NCBI GenBank assembly: GCA_047602305.1
Contig: JASGHO010000001.1
Span: 3,151,898-3,215,897, forward strand
Source: Ancrocorticia sp.
GTDB taxonomy: Bacteria > Actinomycetota > Actinomycetes > Actinomycetales > Actinomycetaceae
Direction of reading: 5' to 3'
DNA: 64,000 nucleotides
Below the pieces are notes generated by a model, which had not been told where the DNA came from, did no database searches, and saw nothing but the letters and a program-made list of their open reading frames with translations. Position numbers and translations under genes: made by a program. Positions within the stretch are counted from its first letter, which is position 1. Every line of letters starts with the position of its first letter. Shown one piece after another: positions 21,501 to 30,135 of the stretch.

Positions 21501-21791
21501 GGATACAGCCTCCCTGCGGGGTGACGCCGTCGTTCACAACCCGATCCTTTCGACCGCGTTCCTAACTGGGCGCCACAACGATATCCGTGCCGTCTACGGC
21601 ATACGTATCGCTCTCATGCCCAGTTAGATTCTGATCTTCCCCGCATAACAATCCGGGCATACTCACGTAACGTTTTGGTTGAGTCGGCCGCCTGAAAGCG
21701 TCCCGGCATGTAGCGTTGACGCGGATTGAGAGGTCGGCTGGAGATGCCTGCCTCCTTACCCTGCCACGTGTGCCGCGACGAAGGAGCCACC

Positions 21792-23129
21792 ATGCCACGC
21801 CGATTGAGCAGAAGTACGCGTTCGTCAACGTTTTCTATCGTTGCTGCGTGCTTCGCCCTGGCTCTCGCGGGCTGCGATGGCTCCGCGGATGGATCGCAAG
21901 CTACTACCCCGGCACCTTCTGCAACCGAAACGGCAACCACCGGGCCCGAAGGGCATACGGAACGGGAAGGAAACACGAAACCCAAAGAAAATGCGGAAGC
22001 CTCCGTGCCGTCGTCGAACCCTAATATCCAACTTTCCCCCGACTGGATTCACGGCGCGCGTGAGGCGTGGACGATTGAGGCCTTCAATGTGGTGGATGTG
22101 AGCGCCGCGTACCTGCTGGTTAACTATGGGCACAGAACTGTCGGGGCCTACGACATCTCCAGTGAGCAACCGGAGGAGCTGTGGGTCCGAGGGACTGAGG
22201 ACTGGACGGGCGGAGTGATCTGGGGAGACAAGGCGGTCAGTAGAACCGGAACCATGGTGGACATCCGGACCGGCGACCTTCTGGAGCCACTGTGGGATGC
22301 ATCGGAGCAAAAGGAAGTACCTGTGCTCGTCGTTGTTGGAGACACTCTTGTTACTTCGGATCGATCCACCATGACGGGTTATGGTCCCGATGGAACGATC
22401 AAGTGGAGTGTTCCGGACCTGCGATGGTCCCGTATTGCCGTCAATGGTGAGGGATACGTGATGGGCTTTACCTACCAGCCTGATACGAAGGAGATGGCAA
22501 TCGGGCTAGTTTCTCCCGATGGTGACATAACATTCCCGACGCCGCACAGAGCCGACGGTGCTACCCCGAAGGACGTTCCCGGATGGGCTGGGGTTATAGG
22601 GCAGAACAGCGGTTTCCAACCGCTCTCTGATGGATGGCTGGTCACGAGCCACACCATGACCGCCGGGCCTGATAATCCCAACGAGTACTACTATTTCCTC
22701 TTCAGATCGGATGGCACGCCCGTGGCTGTCAATACCCTCGATTCCGCCCGGTTCATGGCCAATTCCACTGCGGCCATCAGTTCGGAAGGGACTGTGCTGC
22801 CGAGCGTGAAGGACTGGCAGAATCATCTCCAGAACCCTGATCCCTGGCTCGCGTGCGACGGCGCTACCTGCACAATCAACGGGAATCCCTTGGCTGACTT
22901 CAGTTACGTGGTCTCCGCGACGGCACTGGGCGAGGGTGGCAGCCTACTGCTGCGCAATGCCAGCTCTCTCAATGACATGAATTGGAATCGGATCGGCGTG
23001 GTCACCGCCGAGGGCGAGACGCTATGGACAGTGGACACGTCGGAGAAATCGTTCAACGCTTCCCGTCGCGACCTCATCCTCCTGGAAGGAGTGGGTGGAG
23101 ATTCGACAGTCTCCGGTCTGATCCCGTGA
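21792..23129 (+). CDS. Putative lipoprotein (paralog 2)
   Basis: Lipobox LAGC, RBS AAGGAG; shares 'G.REAW.I.A..VVDV' and 'LPSVKDW.N..QNPDPWL.CDGATCTIN.NP' with paralog 1. Confidence 0.7.
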   Translation: MPRRLSRSTRSSTFSIVAACFALALAGCDGSADGSQATTPAPSATETATTGPEGHTEREGNTKPKENAEASVPSSNPNIQLSPDWIHGAREAWTIEAFNVVDVSAAYLLVNYGHRTVGAYDISSEQPEELWVRGTEDWTGGVIWGDKAVSRTGTMVDIRTGDLLEPLWDASEQKEVPVLVVVGDTLVTSDRSTMTGYGPDGTIKWSVPDLRWSRIAVNGEGYVMGFTYQPDTKEMAIGLVSPDGDITFPTPHRADGATPKDVPGWAGVIGQNSGFQPLSDGWLVTSHTMTAGPDNPNEYYYFLFRSDGTPVAVNTLDSARFMANSTAAISSEGTVLPSVKDWQNHLQNPDPWLACDGATCTINGNPLADFSYVVSATALGEGGSLLLRNASSLNDMNWNRIGVVTAEGETLWTVDTSEKSFNASRRDLILLEGVGGDSTVSGLIP

Positions 23130-23154
23130 GCCATGATCCCGCGGTGATTGATAG

Positions 23155-23242
23155 CGACGACGACGTCGCGCGGCTGGTTCGTGGGTGACCCGGCTGGTTC
23201 GTGGGTGACTTGGCTGGTTCGTGGGCGGGCGCCGTCGTCGTT
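23155..23242. repeat. REP-like element, subfamily S (three 20-bp internal units)
   Basis: CGACGACGACG arm, (C/T)GGCTGGTTCGTGGG unit x3, GCGCCGTCGTCG arm. Confidence 0.8.
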
Positions 23243-23308
23243 CACGACGATCATCGGGAGCCGAACTAGCATCATCTCTCCCTCTACTTTCAATCTATAA
23301 CACGAGGG

Positions 23309-23327
23309 GGCTCTTGCCGCAAGACCC
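23309..23327 (+). promoter_or_regulatory. Rifamycin-associated element (RAE)-like 19-bp palindrome
   Basis: GGCTCTTGC-C-GCAAGACCC about 55 bp upstream of helR ATG and just downstream of TATAAC; matches the CTTGC-N-GCAAG RAE core as I recall it. Confidence 0.8.
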
Positions 23328-23380
23328 CCTCCATACGGCAGAATGTGGCCCTCTCACACTTGTTCGCGATCGGAGACGCC

Positions 23381-25726
23381 ATGCCCACGCCACTCGAATC
23401 CTCCATGTTTGTCCTTCCACAGCGGCTTGCGGGGAAGGCCGATCCGCGGTTTACAGCCAGGGACGAGCAGCAGTTCGGCGCCATCGCGGCCGCTATTGAC
23501 CATCAGAAGGAGGAGGTCGCGGGCCTCCTGGATGCTCGGCGAAAAGCCGGGGCCCATTTCGGAGGGGAAGTGGTTGAGAGGGACCAGGAGATTCGCCGTC
23601 TCAGCTCTCAGCTGGCATTTCTCCAGCGTTTCGGGGTGGATCTTTGCTTGGGACGGATGGTGACGGAAGCCCAGACGGACCCCGTTTATATTGGCCGCGC
23701 CGGACTCCGTTCGAGCGACGGCGAGCAGCTTCTCATCGACTGGCGAGCTCCGGCGGCCCGGCCGTTCTTTTCCGCGACCCGGGCGGATTCGATGGGGCTC
23801 GCGAGCCGTCGTCGTTATCGCTGGAACAACGGGAAGGTCGCCGACTACTGGGACGAAGTATTCGCCGCGGGCAATTTCGGCGACGCAACCACGTACGACG
23901 ACGAATCGGCCTTCATCGCCAGCCTGGGCGCCGATCGCTCGCCACGCATGCGCGATGTTCTCTCCACGATACAGGCGGATCAGGACGCGATTATCCGGGC
24001 GTCGTCGTGGGGAACGCTGGTGGTTGACGGCGGTCCCGGGACCGGAAAAACGGTGGTGGCACTGCATCGCGCCGCCTACCTGATGTACGCCGAGCCGCGC
24101 ATCTCCGACGCTGGCGGAATCCTGTTCATCGGACCGAATTCTTCGTATCTGAGGTATGTCGACGACGTCCTGCCCGGACTGGGCGAGAACAACGTCCAGT
24201 TGGCGACGCTGCGCGATCTCGTTCCTGAAGGGGCGGGTGCGCTGGCGGCGGAGGTCACCGAGGACGTTGTGGAACTGGAGATTGCCGCGCTCAAGGGAAC
24301 GGCGCAGATGGTTGCCGCGATTGATGCCGCGGTGCGTTTCTATGAGGAGCCGCCTCGCGAGGCGATCAGTGTTGAGACGGCGCGCGGAGAGTTTGTGGTG
24401 GAGTCCGCCGACTGGTCCGAAGCCTTTGGCGCAGTCGGCCGCGACACTCCCCACAACGAGGGCAAACGCGAGGTACTCGAATCCTTGGTGGAGATCCTCG
24501 TGGACCGGCTGGATATCGACGATGAGGACGACGACGAACTGGCTCGCGCTCGCGATGAACTCGCCCGGAGCTTTGAGCTGAGGAGCGCGGTGCGGAAGGC
24601 GTGGCCGATTCTCGACCCGGCCGAGGTGGTGGGTGACCTGTGGAGTGTGCCCGCTTACCTGGCGATGTGCGCGCCGGGTTTGAGCGGGGACGAGGTGAAG
24701 CGACTGCAGCGTTCCGATGCGCAGGCATGGACTACCGCTGACCTTCCGCTGTTGGATGCCGCGCGCTTCCGGATTGGCGATCCGGATCAGGCTCGGCGCG
24801 AGGAGCGGCAGACACGAGAGCGGGCCCGGGTGCGGGCGGATATGGACGATGTCGTCGCCGACCTAATAGCCAACGATGACACCGAGCTGAAGGTGATGTG
24901 GATGTTGAGCGAACAGGATATGCGCGAGGCGTTGGAGTTTGATGAGGTCCGGGAGGTCAGCCGGAGCGAGCGGTTGGCGGGGCCGTTTGGGCACGTCGTC
25001 GTTGATGAGGCGCAGGAGCTCACGGCGGCGCAGTGGGAGATGATAACGCGCCGCTGCCCGTCGCGAAGTGTGACCGTGGTGGGGGATCGGGCTCAGGCGC
25101 GGACAGGTTTTGCGGAGTCGTGGGAGGAGCGGCTCGGGCGGGTTGGGCTGGCTGGGCTCGCTGGGTCGGTTGGGTTTGGTGGGTTTGGCGGGTCTGCTGG
25201 GTCGGTTGGGTCTGGCGGGTCTGGTGGGCAGGGAGGGGTGCGCGTGGCGACGCTGCGCATCAACTACCGCACGCCGGAGGAGATCATGGCCGAGGCAGAA
25301 CCGGTCATTCGAACCGTGTATCCGCAGGCCAACGTGCCGGTTTCTGTACGTTCTGGAGGTTGTCCGGTCGAGTATGTGGAGGCGGGCGAATGGCGAGAGA
25401 TCCTTACGCGGTGGTTGGTGGAGCGGACGGGTGGCACCGCGTGTGTTGTGGCGCTGCCGAAGCGGATCGACGGTGTGCGTGCGGATTTTCGTGGTGTTGT
25501 GGGTGCCAAGGTGGTGCCGGGTGGCGAGGGGTTGCCAGCTGGGGCCGAGGCAGTGCGGGCTGGCGATGCTGTTGTTTTCTTGGAACCCGTGGACGTCAAA
25601 GGACTGGAGTTTGACCTTGTTATTCTCATCGATCCAGAAGCCTGGGGAACGGGCGTCACCGCAACCGTGGATCGCTACGTCGCGATGACCCGGGCGACTA
25701 AGCGCCTGGTGATCGCGGGTTCGTAG
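23381..25726 (+). CDS. helR: RNA polymerase recycling motor ATPase HelR (rifamycin-protective HelD paralog)
   Basis: 'F.LP..L..KADP...A.DEQ.F.AIA', 'DLCLGRMV', 'DWRAPAARPFF.AT....MGL..RRRY', 'GGPGTGKT', 'VVDEAQE', 'YVAMTRAT'. Confidence 0.9.
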   Translation: MPTPLESSMFVLPQRLAGKADPRFTARDEQQFGAIAAAIDHQKEEVAGLLDARRKAGAHFGGEVVERDQEIRRLSSQLAFLQRFGVDLCLGRMVTEAQTDPVYIGRAGLRSSDGEQLLIDWRAPAARPFFSATRADSMGLASRRRYRWNNGKVADYWDEVFAAGNFGDATTYDDESAFIASLGADRSPRMRDVLSTIQADQDAIIRASSWGTLVVDGGPGTGKTVVALHRAAYLMYAEPRISDAGGILFIGPNSSYLRYVDDVLPGLGENNVQLATLRDLVPEGAGALAAEVTEDVVELEIAALKGTAQMVAAIDAAVRFYEEPPREAISVETARGEFVVESADWSEAFGAVGRDTPHNEGKREVLESLVEILVDRLDIDDEDDDELARARDELARSFELRSAVRKAWPILDPAEVVGDLWSVPAYLAMCAPGLSGDEVKRLQRSDAQAWTTADLPLLDAARFRIGDPDQARREERQTRERARVRADMDDVVADLIANDDTELKVMWMLSEQDMREALEFDEVREVSRSERLAGPFGHVVVDEAQELTAAQWEMITRRCPSRSVTVVGDRAQARTGFAESWEERLGRVGLAGLAGSVGFGGFGGSAGSVGSGGSGGQGGVRVATLRINYRTPEEIMAEAEPVIRTVYPQANVPVSVRSGGCPVEYVEAGEWREILTRWLVERTGGTACVVALPKRIDGVRADFRGVVGAKVVPGGEGLPAGAEAVRAGDAVVFLEPVDVKGLEFDLVILIDPEAWGTGVTATVDRYVAMTRATKRLVIAGS

Positions 25727-25743
25727 AAGACGTCAGGCTGCAT
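25675..25743 (-). pseudogene. Stub of HepT/DUF86 toxin truncated after about 4 codons
   Basis: ATG CAG CCT GAC overlaps the MNT stop (coupled start, 'MQPD'), then runs into antisense helR and stops after 22 codons. Confidence 0.45.
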
Positions 25744-26044
25744 AGAGATCCTGGGCTGACCCGAAGGCTGACTTCGCGAAGTAGGGGTTTCTGATTGAGT
25801 TCGCGAAGACGAGATCGACTGGGCGCCCGACTATCAACTCCAGACTTTCACGAAGACCGAAATAGTCACTGAACAGATCGCCGCGTTCTTCTTCGAAATC
25901 TACAAGAAAGTCGACATCGCTGGATTCAGGGTCGAAACGATCAGATACTGCTGAACCAAAGATCCGGAGTCTGGACACACCGAACTTGCTGCACGCGGCT
26001 CTGATTGCGTCCAGGTCCAAGTTCAATGCGGCGACTTCCGTCAT
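25733..26044 (-). CDS. Minimal nucleotidyltransferase (MntA-type antitoxin)
   Basis: 'LRIFGSA...F...SDVDFLVDF...L..IVGRPVDLV'. Confidence 0.88.
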   Translation of the reverse strand: MTEVAALNLDLDAIRAACSKFGVSRLRIFGSAVSDRFDPESSDVDFLVDFEEERGDLFSDYFGLRESLELIVGRPVDLVFANSIRNPYFAKSAFGSAQDLYAA

Positions 26045-26100
26045 ATCTCGATGCTAACAGCCGAGTTGGTGAGGCGGTAGGGAACAACTTAGCTGGCGGT

Positions 26101-26199
26101 CGCCGTCGTCGTTCCGTCGCGAACGGGTGATAACGACGACGGCGACGCGTGGCCAGTACGTGGGTGACCCGGCTAGTACGTGGGCGGGCGCCGTCGTCG
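26101..26199. repeat. REP-like element, subfamily S (two internal units, three arms)
   Basis: CGCCGTCGTCGTT / AACGACGACGGCG / GGC(C/T)AGTACGTGGG x2 / GCGCCGTCGTCG. Confidence 0.8.
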
Positions 26200-26286
26200 G
26201 CTTTGAAGGAACTGAACCGCGGAATCGGGCCAACTCCACATGGGCGGGTGCGGAATCTGTGGGCGCTCGCGGCTAGACTTGGAGGC

Positions 26287-27366
26287 GTGTCGTTAACTAT
26301 TGGTATTGCTGGGCTCCCCAACGTGGGCAAGTCGACCCTGTTCAACGCGCTGACGCGCGCAACCGTCCTCGCCGCGAACTATCCGTTTGCGACGATCGAG
26401 CCGAATATCGGTATCGTGCCGCTGCCGGACGAGCGTCTCGACGTACTGTCCGAGAAGTTCAATTCGCAGCGGACGGTGCCCGCCACGGTGTCCTTCGTGG
26501 ATATCGCGGGTATTGTGCGTGGTGCGTCGAAGGGCGAGGGACTCGGTAACCAGTTCCTCGCGAATATTCGCGAGGCGGACGCGATCTGCATGGTGACGCG
26601 CGCGTTCTCGGACCCGGACGTGGTGCACGTGGATGGCCGCGTGAACCCGCTGGACGATATCGAGACCGTCACCACCGAGCTGATCCTGGCCGACATGCAG
26701 ACGCTGGAGCGGCAGATCCCGCGTATCCAGAAGGAAGTGACCGGCAAGAAGACGCCGAAGGAAGTGCTGACGGTTGCTCAAGAAGCACTGGCGCTTCTCG
26801 AGGAGGGCAAGGTTCTCTCTGCCACAGCCGGTGCGCTGGATCAGGACGTCCTCAAGCAGTTCCAGCTGATGACCACCAAGCCGTTCATTTACGTCTTCAA
26901 TACGGACGAAGATGGACTTGGCGACGACGACATGCAGGCCAAGTTGCGTGCCGCCGTGGCGCCCGCTGACGCGATCTTCCTGGACGCGAAGTTCGAGGCC
27001 GAGCTCGTTGAGTTGGACCCGGACGAGGCACAGGAGATGCTGGAGTCCACCGGTCAAAGCGAGTCGGGGCTGGATCAGCTGGCCCGCGTCGGCTTCGACA
27101 CGCTGGGTTTGCAGACCTACCTGACCGTCGGCGAGAAGGAGGCGCGCGCCTGGACGATCCACAAGGGCGACACCGCTCCCAAGGCCGCTGGCGTGATCCA
27201 CACCGACTTCGAGCGCGGCTTCATCAAGGCCGAGATCGTGTCCTACGAGGACCTCATCGAGTACGGGTCGGTGGCCGACGCGAAGGCCGCGGGCAAGGTC
27301 CGTATGGAGGGCAAGGACTACGTGATGCAGGACGGCGATGTGGTGGAGTTTAGGTTCAACGTCTGA
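26287..27366 (+). CDS. ychF: Redox-regulated ATPase YchF
   Basis: 'GLPNVGKSTLFNALT', 'ANYPFATIEPN', 'DIAG.V.GAS.GEGLGNQFL', 'EGKDYVMQDGDVVEFRFNV'; GTG after GGAGG. Confidence 0.98.
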   Translation: MSLTIGIAGLPNVGKSTLFNALTRATVLAANYPFATIEPNIGIVPLPDERLDVLSEKFNSQRTVPATVSFVDIAGIVRGASKGEGLGNQFLANIREADAICMVTRAFSDPDVVHVDGRVNPLDDIETVTTELILADMQTLERQIPRIQKEVTGKKTPKEVLTVAQEALALLEEGKVLSATAGALDQDVLKQFQLMTTKPFIYVFNTDEDGLGDDDMQAKLRAAVAPADAIFLDAKFEAELVELDPDEAQEMLESTGQSESGLDQLARVGFDTLGLQTYLTVGEKEARAWTIHKGDTAPKAAGVIHTDFERGFIKAEIVSYEDLIEYGSVADAKAAGKVRMEGKDYVMQDGDVVEFRFNV

Positions 27367-27440
27367 TTCTTCGGATGACAGATTCTTTGGATGACGAACC
27401 GAATTTGATGAAAAACGTGTCGGAGCCGGTCGATAGGCTG

Positions 27441-28511
27441 ATGAACATGACTACTAGTTCTCTTATTCATCGCCCAGACCGGGCCTCCGCAGTTGTGTAG
27501 GCACAGACTTTTCCTCGAATCCGTTACATGGGTTCAAAGTACAGACTGCTTCCGCAGCTTGCTGAAGTATTCGAATCAGTGGGTGGACACACTGCCCTTG
27601 ATGCCTTCTCTGGTTCGGGAGTCGTCTCCTATCTACTTAAGACTCTCGGATACTCGGTGACGTCAAATGATTTCTTGACGTTCCCTTCCGTGATCACCAG
27701 AGCGACTGTAGCCAACTGGTCTGAGACTCTGGATGAGGCAGAGGTGGACGCGATCTGCGGTCCCGCAGTGGACGATCGAGACTTCATTCAGTCGACCTTC
27801 GAAGGGCTCTATTTCACGCCGGAGGATCTGCGCTTCTTCGACTCTGCGTGGTCGCATATTGACAGCATGGTTGGGCACAAGCGAGATATCGCGATTGCCG
27901 CATTGGTTCTCTCGGCAGCCCGCAAGCAACCGCGTGGAGTCTTCACGTTCACCGATCCCACGAAGTATTTTGATGGGCGGAGGGATCTACGACTGACGAT
28001 GCGGGAGCACTTCCGTGAGGCGGTACGCGATTACAACGCTGTGGTGTTTGATAATGGCGTGGTGTCTGAGTCTCTGTGCGGTGACGTGTTTGATGTGCCG
28101 TTGATCGATCCAGATATTGTTTACTTGGATCCTCCTTACGCTCCCAAGAAGGATGACGCCGACTATACGAAGAGGTACCACTTCTTGGAGGGGCTGAGTG
28201 TGTATTGGCAGGGGATGCCGATCATGGAGAACACCAAGACGAAGAAGATTGAGAAGCGCCATACTCCCTTTGCGAGTAAGCGAACTGTCGACGACGCCTT
28301 GGTGCGAGTTTTCGAGCAGTTCAGTGACGCGGGTGCCATCGTGATGTCCTACTCGTCGAATGCGTTGCCCGAGTCTTCGCGGATTGTTGAGCTACTCAAG
28401 ACCGTCAAGAAGGACGTGCAGGTGACAGCAGTGGACTACCGTTACAGCTTTGGCACTCATAGCGCCGCTTTGAAGACCACAGCACAAGAACTTATTTTTG
28501 TGGCGCGGTGA
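27441..28511 (+). pseudogene. D12-class N6-adenine DNA methyltransferase with in-frame TAG at codon 20
   Basis: 'FPRIRYMGSK', 'DAFSGSGVVS', 'YLDPPY'; in-frame TAG at 27498-27500 lies between ATG 27441/27447 and the conserved motif; an ATG at 27528 could still give a shortened product. Confidence 0.65.
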
Positions 28512-28546
28512 GAATATGAGTGCGCGAGTTATTCCGGAGCGAACAA

Positions 28547-28756
28547 GCTATAACTCTAAAATTGTTAGAGTACTTTAGAGTAGCCGCCGGGTGGGACTCA
28601 ATGTGGAGCCTTAAGTTCGGTACTCAATCGACGTTCCTGCTGGTAGTGGCGCCATTCCCTATCTTCATGTAAGCTCTAACACCTACTCTAACGACTCTAA
28701 CATTTTGGCGTTAGAGTCTTTATAGTAGGTGCTCTGACGCCTCGCCAGCCGGCGTC
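28547..28756. repeat. Duplicated promoter block A (ACTCTAA/TTAGAGT motifs)
   Basis: Homologous to 34308-34519; several direct and inverted copies of ACTCTAA. Confidence 0.85.
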
Positions 28757-28793
28757 TTGTTCACAACTCCCGCAAACTCGAGGCGTCGTCGTC
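28751..28793 (+). repeat. Repeat R1 (half site, lacks left arm)
   Basis: GGCGTCTTGTTCACAACTCCCG...GGCGTCGTCGTC. Confidence 0.85.
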
Positions 28794-28839
28794 ACTCCCG
28801 CCGTTGCGGAATAGACCATGCAGGTTCTAGAATCTTCTT

Positions 28840-29190
28840 ATGTGGGTGGTTGATGTCGAGTTGATTGAGGAGTGGCTGGACTCGCTAGACGCAGTCTCAT
28901 GGAGGCAAGTGATGGCCGCTATTGAGATACTGCAAGAGGTGGGGCCGAGATTGGGACGCCCGCTTGTTGACACATTGACAGCGTCTCGTCACAGGAACAT
29001 GAAGGAGCTCAGACCAGGTTCTTCTGGTCGATCCGAGTTGCGAGTCCTGTTCGCATTCGATCCTGAGAGGTCGGCCATCATGCTGATCGCGGGGGATAAG
29101 GCTGGAAATTGGAGTCGCTGGTACAAGAAGAACATTCCTTTGGCTGACGATCTGTTTGATCGTCATCTGCGGGGATTGAGGGGAGAATGA
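28840..29190 (+). CDS. RelE/HigB-type toxin (Gp49/DUF891-like)
   Basis: 'GPRLGRPLVDT...RH.NMKELR......ELRVLFAFDP.R.AI.LIAGDK...W..WYKKNIP.AD'. Confidence 0.92.
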   Translation: MWVVDVELIEEWLDSLDAVSWRQVMAAIEILQEVGPRLGRPLVDTLTASRHRNMKELRPGSSGRSELRVLFAFDPERSAIMLIAGDKAGNWSRWYKKNIPLADDLFDRHLRGLRGE

Positions 29191-29510
29191 TCAAGATGGC
29201 ACTCAGTTACGAAGAATACTTGGCGAAGCATCCCGTGACTTCTGCAGAGCGCGCGGAGATTGACGCCCACAAGAAGCGGATGGCCTCTGAAGTTCGTGCG
29301 TATCGGTTGCGTGAGTTGCGTGAACAAGCTGGGCTGACTCAAGCCCAACTTGCAGATCGAATCGGCGTTGGGCAAAGGCAAGTCTCTAAGATCGAGACGG
29401 GCAATCTCGACAACGCGAAGATTGGCACGATTCGCAGCTATCTTGAAGCGGTCGGCGGCAGTCTCGCTGTGGAGTACGTCGTCGGCGACGAGCGGGTGCA
29501 GGTAGCCTGA
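29187..29510 (+). CDS. XRE-family HTH antitoxin
   Basis: 'LRELREQAGLTQ.QLA...GV.Q..VSKIE.G'; ATGA overlap with the toxin. Confidence 0.92.
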   Translation: MIKMALSYEEYLAKHPVTSAERAEIDAHKKRMASEVRAYRLRELREQAGLTQAQLADRIGVGQRQVSKIETGNLDNAKIGTIRSYLEAVGGSLAVEYVVGDERVQVA

Positions 29511-29591
29511 AAATCGTCGAGAATGTCGGTGATCGAGTTCCAGTAGCCGGTCGAGTCTCCCTCACCTTGCTCTAGGCGCCCTGATCCGACC

Positions 29592-29668
29592 GACGACGGC
29601 GTCACCTCGGAACCTTGTTCACAACTCCCGCGAGCCCGCGGCGCCGTCGTCGTTAATCTGCGAGAGCC
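29592..29668 (+). repeat. Repeat R2 (full palindromic site)
   Basis: GACGACGGCG...CTTGTTCACAACTCCCGCGAGCCCG...CGCCGTCGTCGTTAATCTGCGAGAGCC. Confidence 0.9.
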
Positions 29669-30135
29669 GTAGATGCAAGAGATGTGTGACCGATCTGCGC
29701 ATGCTGACCTGAGGGCTTCGGCAACGCGGAATCGGGGCTATCTGCCGCGAGTTCTTCCGGATTCTGAGCGCTGGCATGTCTGGGGTGTCCATTGCTCTGA
29801 TTCGGACGCGCTGATTGCCCCACGCGGTTGCTTTGATCCCAGTCGAGTTTAGATTTGACGTCAAGCTTTCGTGACGCGTTGAGTTATATGCTGGTCGTGT
29901 GATTAGGTCGTTCGGGAGTGTGGATGCCGAATGCATCTGGCAGGCGCACTCTGTCAATGGCGTCGATCAGCGAGTTCAGTGGGAGCGCTGCTGATGCGGC
30001 TGTCCGGCTGACGTGTTACTTCGGTACCTAAGAAGGGGTTGGGATGAACTTTCAGTCGAACGACGAACTACGAGTGCAGCGCCGGGTGTTGTGGGACAAG
30101 TTTGCCGAGATCGCACCGTTGAAGGTCGCTTAGCG

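Noticed and set aside
23171-23230. Three 20-bp repeats as a CRISPR array
   Set aside because: Units are contiguous with no spacers, and there are no cas genes; they are the interior of a REP-like element.
29670-30133. Gene in the module between R2 and the GNAT
   Set aside because: Only short or stop-interrupted frames with no recognisable motif; possibly a decayed gene but cannot be named.
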